NCBI RefSeq assembly: GCF_026210795.1
Contig: NC_089433.1
Span: 2,170,001 to 2,234,000, forward strand
From: Rhizophagus irregularis
Taxonomy: Eukaryota
Length of the DNA: 64,000 nucleotides
Direction: 5' to 3'
Shown here: piece by piece, positions 13,109 to 26,379 of the stretch
Layout of the letters: each line of letters starts with the position of its first letter
Numbering within the stretch: position 1 is the first letter of the stretch
Translations under genes and position numbers: made by a program
The notes under the pieces: generated by a model
Told to the model about the DNA's origin: nothing
Seen by the model: the letters and a program-made list of their open reading frames with translations, nothing else
Databases searched by the model: none

Positions 13109-14178
13109 CAACATTTTAAAGGTACTAGAGATTCCAAGCAGATTCGCGAGAGATGGGTTAATCATTTAAATCCCAGGAGTGAGTACTTGAAATTTTTTTT
13201 TTTTTTTTTTTTTTTTTGTTATTTTATTTTATGTTCGTATGTTAAAACAATAAACATTTTCTCTCTTTAGTTAAAAAGAGGAAATTTAGTGATGAAGAGA
13301 TTAAAATAATTGAAGATGAATGTTCTAAACATAAATTTAAGTGGGCCAGGATTGCAAAGAAAATTCCTAACGCAACACCACTTATGATCAAGAATTTTTA
13401 TAATAATAGACTAAAAAAGAAAAATCCCGCAAATAGAAGACTTAGTACTTCAGCCAATATTACTCCTTTTACCATTAATAATTTTAATCATAATCCAATT
13501 ACATCTACAACTACAACCAAATCTACCGTAGCTAATAATACAACTAATATTACTAATACTTTTAACACTATTAATACTACTACTAATATTAATCATAATC
13601 ATAATCATAATCATAATAATAATTATAATTATTATAATAACGAATATCTTCAGGAACAAGATTATAGTTATTATAGTGAATCTAATTTGAAGAGGAGTGA
13701 TAGTGCTAGAACTGTGGTTGCTGAAGAGGGTAGTTATTCTACTAAGGCTATGATTGCCGAAAGTAATTACTCCACTACCAATCTATCAAGACATAGTAGT
13801 ATAAGAAGCATAATGTCTAATAGTAGCGCAACAACCGTAGTCGAAAACGAACAAGAATATGACAAACATCAATTTTTTACTACTCAAATGTCCTCCTCTC
13901 AACTTCCATCTCCCCCTCCATCTGCAGGTAATACAACCAGCTTTCTTTTTAAAATATATATGTATTTATTTATTTATTTATTTACAAATATTCATTTAAT
14001 TTTATTTATTTATTTTTATATCATAGAAATGATAAATTACACTCCTACAGAGAATGGAAAATTGAACTTTCTTGCTACAGTTGCTAATATCATGAGCCAA
14101 AGCGAGCTCTCTTCTACAACCGCACCTTCATCACCGAAAAAGTCAGGAAAAATGTCAATAATGAATCTTCTTTCTTAA
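12900..14178 (+). CDS. Two-repeat (R2R3-like) Myb transcription factor with long N/T/S-rich tail ending KMSIMNLLS
   Basis: Exons 12900-12935, 13034-13178, 13271-13927, 14027-14178. Contains RKGRW..IDWSVLEQHFKGTRDSKQIRERWVNHLNP..KWARIAKKIPNATPLMIKNFYNNRLKKK. Confidence 0.92.
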
Positions 14179-16621
14179 TTTAATACTCGTCCCTAATAAG
14201 GCTAACCTTTAAACCCAACGAAAATCACATATTTATTTCACTGTTTCCTTTTTATCTTTATTAAAAGAAAGGGAGGGAGGTTTCCTCTTATTTCTTTTTA
14301 ACATTGAGGTCAACCATACTCTTACACATTTACCAACCAATTTTAATATTCAAGGGAATGTTTATATATACACACACACATATATATAGTGTCGTCTTAG
14401 ATACATACAGTATGGGAGTTTTTTTTTTAAATATTTTGATATTCTAATTTCAGATATGAACAATTTTTAGGTTTTTTTTTTACTATCTGGTATTCGATTG
14501 TAATATAATTGATATGTTTTACATTCTTGCACCAGTCTGTGTAACATTGTAAATAATTTTTTTTTTTTACATCCAAATTTTTTTTTTATTAATAAATATT
14601 TATATACATATTTGATATTTTTTTTTTATTTATTTAATATTTTTTTTTTTTATTTGATAATAATAAATCGACTGATTTTTTACTATTATACAAAAAAACC
14701 AGTTATACACATGTACAGTACATTAGTATATGTACCCTAAATTTTAGGATGTCAAAAAACCAGCGGTGCATATACCTATACGAATTAAAATTTGTAGATC
14801 ACATTGTTAGCATACATATATTCGGACAATAACCAATGCAAATTACCATCAAGCTTTGTATTGGGAATTCATGAAATTCAGTTTATTTATATTATTTTTC
14901 TGTTTGCAGAAATAAAATGCACTGCAATAAATTCTTAATTTCCGTTATTAGTTGTGTTCCTTTAAAAAATGGAACAATTATATTCTCCATTTACATTTTT
15001 TTTATCCGTTGGTTTAAAAAATGGATATTTTAATTTTTTAATGTTACATCATTTATTTGTTTTTTTTTTCTACGAATATTGTTTATGGACTTTCTTTTTT
15101 ACGTGATGGGATTAGATGATCTCCCATCTATGTAATCTATAAATATGAAACTAGATAATTGGATCCTTACTATCCTTACCGTTTATGGGTTACCTCAATA
15201 AACTTCCAAAATTTTCTTCTTTTTGATTAAAAAAACACTTTTCCTTAATTGGTATAAATAAATTACCCGTTAGAGATAGAATCAAAGTTGGAAATTTTTT
15301 TTTACTTGAGCTGCCTTTTTTGGATAAGTATTTGCCTTTTTAAAATATTTCCATTTCTAATCCATTATTAAAAAAAAGAAGATATTTACGATTAACGTAT
15401 TGTATCATTGTAAATGGGTACAAACTTTTTTTAAAACAACCGTTAATATTGAAAATCCTTTTTTTCATTCACACCACTTCGACAACGAAATGTAACATTT
15501 AATACATAATGTTTATTCGGTTTTAAACCTGTATAGGAACTAGAAAGAAATATTAGAACATGGTATTAATAATTGGTCACTAATTTCATATACTTTCAAC
15601 GAGATTGTAGTTCAATTTTTTTTTTAAAAAAAAAATCCTCAAAACTTGAATTTTTAATTTCATACATAATTAGTACAATACTTTGTCAGATAATATTAGG
15701 TTTTTATGTAATTACGTTAGTAAACAAAATTTTTAATAAACAAACATTTATTTATTATTTACAGGTATGAAACGAGTTTTTCACCAGTAACGCAGTAAGT
15801 GGCGTGGAAAAAAAAATCGTAATCACAATGTATACTAACTTATTATATTGGGAATAATACTATTTTCATAACGCGGCGGTTCTTTCAACTGTTTTAGTAA
15901 TACAAACAAATACCAATCATCAAAAGATTTACATTTTGAATTAATAAAAGAAAATACACAAGAAAACCTTTCTCAGTTTCTTTGAGATTTTTATAAAGTA
16001 ATGTATGACCCCATACTGGATTACTAGATCACACACAAAATGTATCATACGAACAAAATATCGTAATTAATATTCTATTCATTCACTCATAAATCCTTTG
16101 AAATTAATTTTTAATATAAACTTTTTTAAACTTTGTAATTGAATGCGGGTCATTTGACTTAATGCATATAACAAAAAGTTGTCAAATGACATCGATCACT
16201 TGTCGTATGTGTTACATATTTTTCCAACATTTTTTCGTATGGATCGGATCTACTCGGATCAAATTGTCAGATTAAGTAATTTCTTAGTTATGTAAACTCT
16301 GGACCCTTTTTAACGTTTTAATATTTCGTTTTCGGGATAACCTTTTGTTTGCAAACTATGCTTTTTAGTTGAATTTAAGAAAGTAATTTTATTTTAAACG
16401 TTATAAACTACTTATTAAATAAATAACAATGAAAATACGATAAAAACAGTTAGATAAATTCATTGCAGAGTGCACTTTAAAAGGTTTGTTTTTATAAATA
16501 GCTTTTTTTTTTAAAAAAAAAACAAAATCGGTTTGTTCTTATCTAACTTTCAATAAATACTAAAAAACGAAACGAAAACTGTTTACTTATTTATTTATTT
16601 TATTTTATTTTTCTTTTCAAT

Positions 16622-17771
16622 ATGCCTCAGTTTTACCGACATCAATGGACTTACATTGTAAATATATTTATTAAAATATTAAATTGATTCAAAAATTTGA
16701 TCATGATCAATTTACATGACCATATATTTATTCATTTATAGGAGGAAATTCTCCTTATCCTGTTGGTCATTCTATTGGGCCGTAATTTGAGTAATTGGAG
16801 GCGAATTTCTCGTCTACTTAATAGAAGTGTTTTTCAGTGTAGGAGGAGGTATGTAAATATTTTTTCTCGTATGACGCAGCATATAATACCCAGGTACTAT
16901 TTACTGATCGAGTACTGTGTGTAGCGATATACGATAAAATTCTATTTTGACACATGAAATTCATCTTCGCTCTTTTGCATATGAAATTTTAGGTATTATG
17001 AAATTATAAATCAAGATAGTGGTAAGCACAACTCTTTTAAAATTTGTACTTGATTAGTATTTTATTGAAATGATCTCTCTGAACAGATTTATTAATATAT
17101 TTATTTTTTTTATTCCATTGGTATAGGGAGTGCTCGAAGGATTCGTAGAAGAGTTAATCAGAGAGTTTCTCAAGGACTTCGACCAATAGCTCTTGAAAGA
17201 CTCCTCCATGGAATTCTTTTAGCTCAGCAGTAAGTTCTTTATGTAAAATTATTTCTAATAAAAGAAGTGAATCGATGAAGTTGAACCCTCAAACCTTCAA
17301 ACCTTCCATCCTTCAAACCTTCCATCCTTTCATCCTTCCATCCTTCCATCAAAAATAGATGGATCAATTTCTACGTTTTCAAAATTTATGATTCTTCCCA
17401 TAAAGGTAGAAACGTATGTTTCCTTCCTAATTTTTTCATATGAGAGGATATCATAATCTTTGATAACAAATCATGCATCGTAATACTGTTAACTTGTAAT
17501 ATGAAACTGATCTTTATTTCTTTATTTTGATTACAGGAATAACACCATATCTCGTGATCCAAGAATGGATCTAAGTCATATTTTGAATACTTCTCGTGAT
17601 CTAAGTACTTCTAATTCCTCTCATGATTCACGAGATCCGAGAATGAATTTAAGTCATGTTTTAAATATTTTCCGAGATTCTAGGATGAATTTAAATCATA
17701 TTTTAAATTCTTCGCAAGATCCTAGAATGAATCTGAATTTTATTTTAAACAATTCCTTAAATCATGGCTAG
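16622..17771 (+). CDS. Single-repeat Myb/SANT protein with Arg-rich linker and four C-terminal motif copies
   Basis: Exons 16622-16657, 16742-16848, 16993-17021, 17127-17229, 17537-17771. HQWTYI|EEILLILLV..SNWRRISRLLNRSVFQCRRR|YYEII..(DPRMxLxxILN)x4. The frame is open across all junctions. Confidence 0.85.
17288..17350 (+). repeat. Intronic 8-bp minisatellite (cttcaaac/cttccatc)
   Basis: About 8 tandem units of cttc(a/c)a(a/t)c. Confidence 0.75.
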
Positions 17772-19268
17772 AAATCTAAACCCTGTACCCTATAATTAAT
17801 TTTATCGATTCTTTATTCAAGTTTATTTTTACGTTCTACCTGTACCTGACATTATTTTAAAAAAGTTTTTTTTTTTTTACAATCCGATGTTCTTACAATA
17901 GAAATTTGGTAAAATAAAACTTCTAGATAAAATTAATGTTCACGAAAAAAAAAATCAAATGTTTAATATTACCTAAAACATCGTCTATAAACTACCATTT
18001 GTCAGTGCGACTTGTTCATTTCCAAAATATATTGAGTATAATGATAATACAGTATAATAACGAATACATGATGTACCGAATTTAGGATTAACCGAAGATT
18101 TTTTAGAAACCATTTCAATACTATAAATTTCGAAGTAACGGAGATCATTATTGATAATCTAAAGTTCCCATGTTAAATGATTTACGAAAACAAAACATAA
18201 CGTAGATTTATCATGTGATTTTCGTTAATCTTTCGAACTATATACCGAAATTTTGGACTTGAACCACGACTTCGGTATAATATACAGTACATATATACAG
18301 TATATATACTGTATACTATATATATTTGAAACAGTGTATTTTCTCGAAATTTCTAAATTAACTAAAATAGAAAGTTACTTAATATTAAAAATCAGAATGT
18401 AATAAATATTTTTTTTGTATGGTATTTATTTACTGTTATTATGATATAATGATGCTTTATAACAATGGATCATGAAATTCGAGTTGCACAACCAAATAAA
18501 AGATGTATTATTAGGCTTTAAAACCGCCTCACTTTATTTTGAGGCGTTAAATGACATTTGAAAAAATCTATCGCTTAGCATCTTGTGTTACTTTGAAATA
18601 CAAATACCAAAAAGAAAAAATTATTCCGTCGCTAACTTATTTAGTCTGTTGATTTTTTAATTAAAAAAAAATTTTTTTTAGTGGTATACTTTCCCTTAAT
18701 TGCTCAACAATGAACTACAATGAGATAAATAGATGAGTAAAAAACCAAAATTGGACATATCAATTTTATTGGTTAAATCATAAAAGTAAAGATTAGATTT
18801 AGACTATTGTTTCCCGATTTTTTTAAAGTAACTGTATTTGAATTATAAAATAAGTTCAACGAACAAGTCACATGATTTTATGATTTTTATGATTTGAACA
18901 AAATAACAATTTTCTTGATTATCTTGGATTCGTATTTTCTGGTTCTCGCTCTTTAAACGAAAATGTATTTTTCTGTTTTTTTTTCTTTAAAAAAATTTTT
19001 TTTTTTTTACAACATAATTGTATTTAAACATCTATAATCATTTATATCATTTGATTTGTAAAGACCTAATAATAATACTCGAATCAAAATATTAAAATTT
19101 GAAACTTATGTGATCGCTGGATCACGTGACAAATACTATTGTCAGTCAGTCTGTGTAACACGAAAACAAGTATTAGCAATTTAAACCTTTTTTTTTTTAC
19201 TTTTTTTTACTCATAATTACAAAACATTCAAGCATTTTGTATTTGAAAATATATCATATTTTTATCAA

Positions 19269-20500
19269 ATGGGTTAATTGTTTCAAAAATATGTCTTAAA
19301 AAACAAACTCAAAAGGAGATTGAGAAGACATTTAAAAGGTATGAAAAGAAAACCGAATATTGAACATTGCGTGTTATAAGACTATTGATTAAATGGAAAA
19401 AAAGTGAGAACGATAAGCGTTTATAATCTAAGGTTACTTTTTTAAATTATTCTTTTGAAGTATTTTTAACATAATTATCATCTTTTTTTTCTTTACAATA
19501 GATTTCAAAGGTATTACCGTAAACCTATTGATGATGATGATGGTTTTATGGTTTTTTTATTTGGTTGATGGAATATGCTGGGAGTGGTACCCTTCGCCAA
19601 TATTTGAAAGCAAAATTTGAAGGAAGTGTATTGTTACAATATTTTTTTATTGTTACTGGAAAAAATTCCGTTTTTAATAAGTAAACCAAACAATACATTG
19701 GAATCATGATTACTAGAATAAAGATTAGAATAAATGGAAAATTTAATAGAATACATCATATATTGATCCTATTATAGTTGTGCTAAAGAAACAAAATTAA
19801 AAACTGTAATATGACAGGAATTTTACATGTTAATGAGGTAAAAAAAAATTTTTTTCAAAAAAAATTATTTATAATTACTTTTTTCATTTTTTAACTGTTT
19901 TTTTTTTTAAAAAAAAAGGAGTATATCATGAATGTTCTTAACCATTAATTATACATTGTTGTCGTTATGACATAACGAAAGATTATACGCTTCTCAACAA
20001 TTCAGTGACGGGAACAACATAAGCAGGGATTTTTTTATTAATGAGGTAATTTTTTAAAAGAATTTTTTTTTAAAAAAGAAATAAATAATTTTATTCATGA
20101 TGTTTATTATTTGAAATAACTATTTATGTTTATTTAGATTAAAAATATGTAATGAATATTCTTGATCATTATTGTTTTTCAAATATACAGCGTCACAATC
20201 AAAGGATTTATGATGATTTAAACTATGCAGAACATTCAATTTTGGGGAACATCGCAAGTAATTATGAACCTTCTTGCATGGTGAAATATCTTCGAGTTAC
20301 GAAAAATTTCTATAATGAAAGAATCTCAGATTTAGGACTTGCGCATTCAAACGTTTGTGGTGTACTTTCTTATTTAGATTCGAAAGCTGGACGTAAGAAG
20401 ACTTTGCGAATAAGTTTAGAACTATTATGGTAGAAATATCATCACTATATTAAAGTCTACTACATGATGATAAACGAAAATCCCGACAACCAAAACTTGC
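19269..20500 (+). pseudogene. Decayed protein kinase pseudogene (TKL-like)
   Basis: Fragments FKGIT (~19504), EYAGSGTLRQYLKAKF (19571), NISRDFFINE (~20016) and RISDLGL..VCGVLSYLD (~20321), with stops and frameshifts between them. Confidence 0.7.
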
Positions 20501-20517
20501 GATAGAGTATTGAAGGA

Positions 20518-20618
20518 ATACCACAATATTATATTGATTGATCTTAATGCAAATCTGGAAAAAAAAAAATACCACAATATTATATTGATTGATCTTAACG
20601 CAAATCTGAAAAAAAAAA
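20518..20618 (+). repeat. ~51-bp direct tandem duplication
   Basis: ataccacaatattatattgattgatcttaa(t/c)gcaaatctg(A)n occurs twice. Confidence 0.85.
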
Positions 20619-21980
20619 CTTTATCGCTAGTATTATTATAGATTCTGCAATATCTACAAGAATAAAGGAGTGGTTGTGATCTTTTCACAGAGTAGGATAT
20701 TTTTTATTAGGATTGAGATTCAATGCTATATACAACACAATTAATATAATAAAAATAAATACTAAAAATAGGTATCGAGACAATTCGCTGAAAAATAATC
20801 TCTGGCCTGAGTTATTCATAATGCTGTTATTTTTCGGCGAAATGTCCCGTAACCCTAAAAATATTTGTTAAACAAAGCTCATGATATAGTTGTGCTCTAC
20901 GAGCACATGAATTGTTTCTCACAAAATTTACAGGAGTAGCGCAAATTCATCTATATATGAGAATTAAATGAATTAAATATATTTAAATTGATAGATAAAT
21001 TTACAAAATCAAAATACAAAAATAAATAAAATACCTTTATTAAATGAAAATATACCAGTAGTTTAATTGTTATTTTACAAACATTATTTATACAACATAA
21101 TTATTTATTACAATTATCTGTATTATTTACTAAAATAATTGAAATTAAAAGTCAGCCGGAAGAAGTTGGGAAGCTTCTACGAATTTACAATTTGAAACAT
21201 TTAAATATTTATAATTTTATTTTATTTAATTTTTATAACGAATATAGATAAAATAACATGTGCTAATTGCACATGGAAGCACTACATAAATAAAATAATT
21301 TTTTAATTTTTAAACTCGGTCGATGAACATGTAAATGGCTTAACAATATAACTCAATATAACCCGTACGTTACATAAATAAATTGAATGTATCGCTGTTT
21401 ATTCATTCATTTCTTCCTTTTTATTCAATTTGTTTTTTTATTTGTATAAACGATTGGACGTTCTATGCCAAACAACAAATGATTAACATTACACAGGTTA
21501 AAAAACAAACGGAAAACCTTAAAATTATATAAACGTCCCGAATCTTTTGCGATAGAAGGAAAAAAAAAAAAATCTCAAACTCTGTATTTTCCTAATTTAT
21601 ATATATAAGAAAGAGGAGATTATCACTAAATATGTAATCTTATTGAATGAATGAAACCACATAAATTCTTTGACCTTGTAGTTGCCCGTTTTGGAAGTTA
21701 CAAGAGAATAGCTTATAATTTATAAAGTTATAAGCACTGTTATCACTTATCATACATAATTAAAGGTATGGCGCCGGCGCTAAGAGGATTGTATTGACCA
21801 AATTATTTCTATGTTTAGCCAAAAATTCCTGATTATTTAGATTATATGATAACCCAAGTGGTTATTTAAAAGTCAATTCCAAATGCCAACTTCAAAAAAA
21901 AAAAAAATTTTTCTTTTTTTAAAAATTTGTTCTATTTTGCTTGAAACCATTTTTTTTTATTTGGTTGGTTTTTTACTTAT

Positions 21981-22599
21981 ATGATGAATCAACAGCATCA
22001 ACACAAACCCTCTATACAAAGAAAGAGGCCATGGCTCATATATGTAATATCTCTGTTTTTCTCTTTTACTATACTTTTTTTATTTATTATAATATTTTTT
22101 TTATGATTTATATAGGAAGAAATGTTACTTCATGAATTAGTTAATGAATATGTCAATGACTGGATATTAATCTCATCAAAACTTCAAACAAGGACTGCAC
22201 ATGATTGCAAAATAAAGTATGTCGAACTTTCAAAATCAAGTAGTAAGTATAATTCATAGTGGGCACGGAAGTATGGTATTTCAAAATATTTAACAGTTAA
22301 ATTTGTTCATTTTAACAGTTACACAAAAAAATCGTTTTCAGTAAGTTTTTTTTAATATCCAAATGGCACCAAAGACGTACTGTTGGTCGCCGATTGAATT
22401 ATTGGACATTGGAAGATCATGTGATTTATGATTTATCGCAGCTTACTATTTATACTAAATTTAGATATTATTTAATTTCAGAAATAACGTTAATAATAAT
22501 AATGCGATTCCTCCAACCACTCCCGTGATTGTGGTTCCATCTAATTCTAGACCAATAAATCGAAACCAAAAAATGGATTTGAGATATATAATGAATTAA
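21981..22599 (+). CDS. Single-repeat Myb/SANT protein ending KMDLRYIMN
   Basis: Exons 21981-22043, 22116-22242, 22319-22340, 22482-22599. RKRPWLIY|EEMLLHELVNEYVNDWILISSKLQTRTAHDCKIKYVELSKSS|..RNQKMDLRYIMN*. Confidence 0.85.
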
Positions 22600-23867
22600 T
22601 TTTATTCTTTATGTTCTCTATGTAAGTTTTTATTTAATATAAGTTCCCGAGTTACAATTTTTTATATTTTTAAAAAATCGTTAATTGACAAATTATAACC
22701 TTACCTTTTTAAAATTATAGTTCTATTTTTACTATTAGGCGTTGTTTCAAGAATTGTTTTTTTTCTTTTATATATTCCCAAACTGATGTCATTTTTTTTT
22801 TAGTGTCATAAATTTTTATTTAATTTTAGATAACTAATGGTGAATTATTTTATTCACAAACATGTAAATATAAAAAAATTTCCTAATTTATAAAATTATT
22901 TTAAAATTGTAAATTACTAAAAAAGGTGAGATCACCGTTAGTATATACTTTATATCAAGCAGATCCTGACGCGAAAAAAAAGTACATTCCTGATTTTATG
23001 GAAAAAAAGAATCAGATGCAACCACTTTAGTTTTAGTGGTGAAACGTTATAAATCTACTTATACTATTTATTCTACGGAGATTGGCTAATTAATCTAATT
23101 ATTATCTAATTGTATAAAAATTATAAATATCTATGTGCAACCCTTTTTGAATGAAGCTATTTTGATATTTTGATTCATTAATTTAAAGAGTAATTTTCAA
23201 TGCTGTCGTTTCAGTACGACAACGAATTTTTTGTGTAAAAGCATAGGATAATATCAAAAAATTAAAAATTGTGTCTGTGTGAAACAAGATAATCTTTGTG
23301 ATCCATAATATTTTAATAAAAATTAATTTGTAAATATTAATAGAAAATAAAAAGCTCAATATATTATATATAAACCTATAAGCCTCAAGATTTTTCGTCC
23401 TTTTTTTTTGAAATTTGCTACATCTCACACACTTTTAGTACTCTTAAACTCTACAAATTCCTTCAGATGTTTATGATTCATATAAATATATATAAAATTA
23501 TTAAAAACAAACAAACAAATAGAAAATTTCATCGAGACATGCAAACAAGCAAACAACTATAACGAAAATGACAAAAATAACGAAAATCACGTTTTTTGAA
23601 GTAGAGCGTTATATGGTCCTTCGAAAATATTAAAGAATTTAATATCACGTGTATTTTTCCATGTGATATTTATAAATTTCTTCCGTTTCCATTAAATTCG
23701 TTTCAAGTCATACTGCCCGCAGTCGTAACATTTAAGGTTTAGTTTAAAAAATATCATCCGATTCTAGTTTTTTTTTTTGTTTGTTTATTCTCTTTTGTTT
23801 CAAACTATCTTCTCCTTCAAATTTTTAGTTCAAAAAAAATTTTTTTCTTTTGATTTATAAAAACAAA

Positions 23868-24658
23868 ATGACTACATACAAAAGAGGACCGTGGAACAAT
23901 TTTGTACGTATTTAAAAATTAACTTTCCTTAAAACTTTGATTAATTGTAACCTTTTAAACTTTATTTAGGAAATTGGAAATCTCATTACTTCTATGAGTA
24001 AACATGGTCGTCATCAAAGGAAACTAATCGAACAAGAAGTTGGAAGAACATTTATCGAATGCGTGAAAAAGTATGGTTTTATTTATTACAACAAAAATTA
24101 ATTTGACTTAACTTTTATTCATTATATTATATTATTTCTTTTTTTTCCAGATATAATGAAATTTTAGGTATGTGCTTACACAGTAGTACAATTATAAAAA
24201 ATAGTACTAGTTTATGATCTAGTATCTTTTTATTAAAATATAAATTTTTATTTTTTATTTTATTTATCTATTTTTTTAGGAGTCCAAAATTACCGTCATC
24301 GTAATCATAGTCGTTGTATTCGTCATATGCGTAATATCCGACAGTGAGTATTTTCAAATTTCACTATACCATAATGTACAGTACCCTCTATATAAATGCG
24401 TCTACTATGTTAAATGTCTTATATAAACTTTATGGTCCTTGGTGCACTTATAGAGAGTTGACTCCATTGCTTTTATTAATGGTTGATATATCACAATCCA
24501 ACTATTATCTAAATTAAATTTTATTTAATTTCAGAAATAATGTTGTTGCCGCTGCTGACAATATTTTAACAATTCCTCCAGTAAATATATCTAATCATAG
24601 GCATCGAAATCCAATTATGGAATGGAGCTACATCCTTAATGATGATTCTAATTCGTGA
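23868..24658 (+). CDS. Divergent single-repeat Myb/SANT protein (second Trp replaced by Arg)
   Basis: Exons 23868-23903, 23970-24070, 24151-24167, 24280-24343, 24535-24658. KRGPWNNF|EIGNLITSMSKHGRHQRKLIEQEVGRTFIECVKK|YNEIL..RNPIMEWSYILNDDSNS*. Confidence 0.8.
24379..24464. mobile_element. Possible small degenerate pogo-like MITE inside an intron
   Basis: TA-cagtaccctctatataa ... ttatagagagttgact forms imperfect inverted termini. Confidence 0.35.
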
Positions 24659-26379
24659 TCCGCAAGTTACCTACATAATATTTACAATTTCAAATATTTC
24701 TTTTTTTTTTCAATACCCAATTAACGTTTACTTAGTTAATGCTTGCAGTTGACTCACGTAGCACGAATTAGATAGACAATTATTTTTTGGAATCATTAAA
24801 CAAATATAATTAAACGGAAATTCTGTAATTTTTCATAATTTTATCAAAAATTTAAATATGATATTATAATAAATGTTTTTTTTTTAACAATTAATCATTT
24901 ATTTGTTACTAAATGCTATAGTTTGCATTATATTAGTAGTAATATTGTATGAATATCATTGATAGTTGCTAAATTGAAAGTAGAGTCGAATAATATTTAT
25001 ATTTAATATACTGTATATGCTAACGTAGGTCTGATTACTTTTATTTTTTCAATATTGTACTTTAATGTTTTCATTTTTTATTACAGGCATAACGGGACAG
25101 AGTTTGTCTTAACATTTTACAAAAATTTGAAATTTTTTTTCTTTTTGAATTGTTTTTTTTGCTTATGCGATACTTGCGATACTTAAAATGGAAAAGAATG
25201 TAAAGCTTTGGATTTACGATTGATTGGTTAACGCTTTTAATTATTTTATGATAAAACTAATAGAGATAGACAAGAATAATTGATGAGTAAGTATATTATT
25301 TTAAGAGATTTTTTTTTTTTTACATTAATAGTTCCAATTTTTTTAAAAAAAAATGATAATTAATTATTAGATTTCCAATATGTTACTTTTTCTTGAGAAA
25401 AAAGTTAAAGAATTTTGGGGAGGGAGAAAGTATTATAGAATCATTTGTTATTGTACCGAATTATAATCCAAACTCGAAAAAACCAGCATTTCAATATTTA
25501 GTTCCCAGAAAATATTATCTGGAATTTTAATAAGAATCATTTAAATATTATAATTTACGAAATTATTAATGTTGAAACATTACTCTTTTGATGTTACAAA
25601 TTTGAAAATGAAGAATGTAAAGCTTTTATTTTAACATAATACTGATAAGGTTTGGATTTCAGAGGAGTGTTGGTTATTTATAATTATGGGTAAGATTATT
25701 TTTACATTAATTTCTATTTCTCTGTGTTTATCATAACTAAAACCATCACTAAACACCATCCTTCGAATAAAAAAGATCTTGACTCTATTTAAATGCTGTC
25801 ATGCATACAACATACGTAAAGTTCTATGGTAAAAAAACGTGACATTGTCACACGTGAAGTGCAAAAAGGTTGTTATAACTTCTAAGAAATGAAATAATTC
25901 AATAGACTTATTATCTGTTTTGATATTTAAAGTTATACGCTATTGCGTGCTATGGGTATTTTTGGCTGCTTTACAAGTTTGCTATTGCTTAAAAGAGAAA
26001 AGGGGGGTCAATGTATCACAGATGCGATTATCTGTAATTAGATATACTGGAAATTGAAACAACAAACACATGTTCGAGTGCGATAAAAATAAAATAGGAA
26101 ATAACAAAGTAATATGAGAGCTGTTAAGAACTTAAGAACCCTGAGTTGTGTTACTATCATCTTTCCTCTTTTTCCCTCTTCTACACATAATTTTTTTTTT
26201 CACCGGTAGAATTTATTGACAAATAAGAATAATGAAAAGCCGGCAATTTTATTTTTCATAAGAAATTATCACGTATATAATATATTCCTCATCTGAAACT
26301 TTCATAACCATTTATTCTTGTATAAGAGAAAAAATTTACGGTCTTAAACTGTATTGTTTTTTTTCTTTTGTATATTTAC

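Noticed and set aside
13450..13659. Antisense Ile/Met-rich ORF
   Set aside because: It is a shadow of the AAT/CAT-rich coding strand of the 12900 gene.
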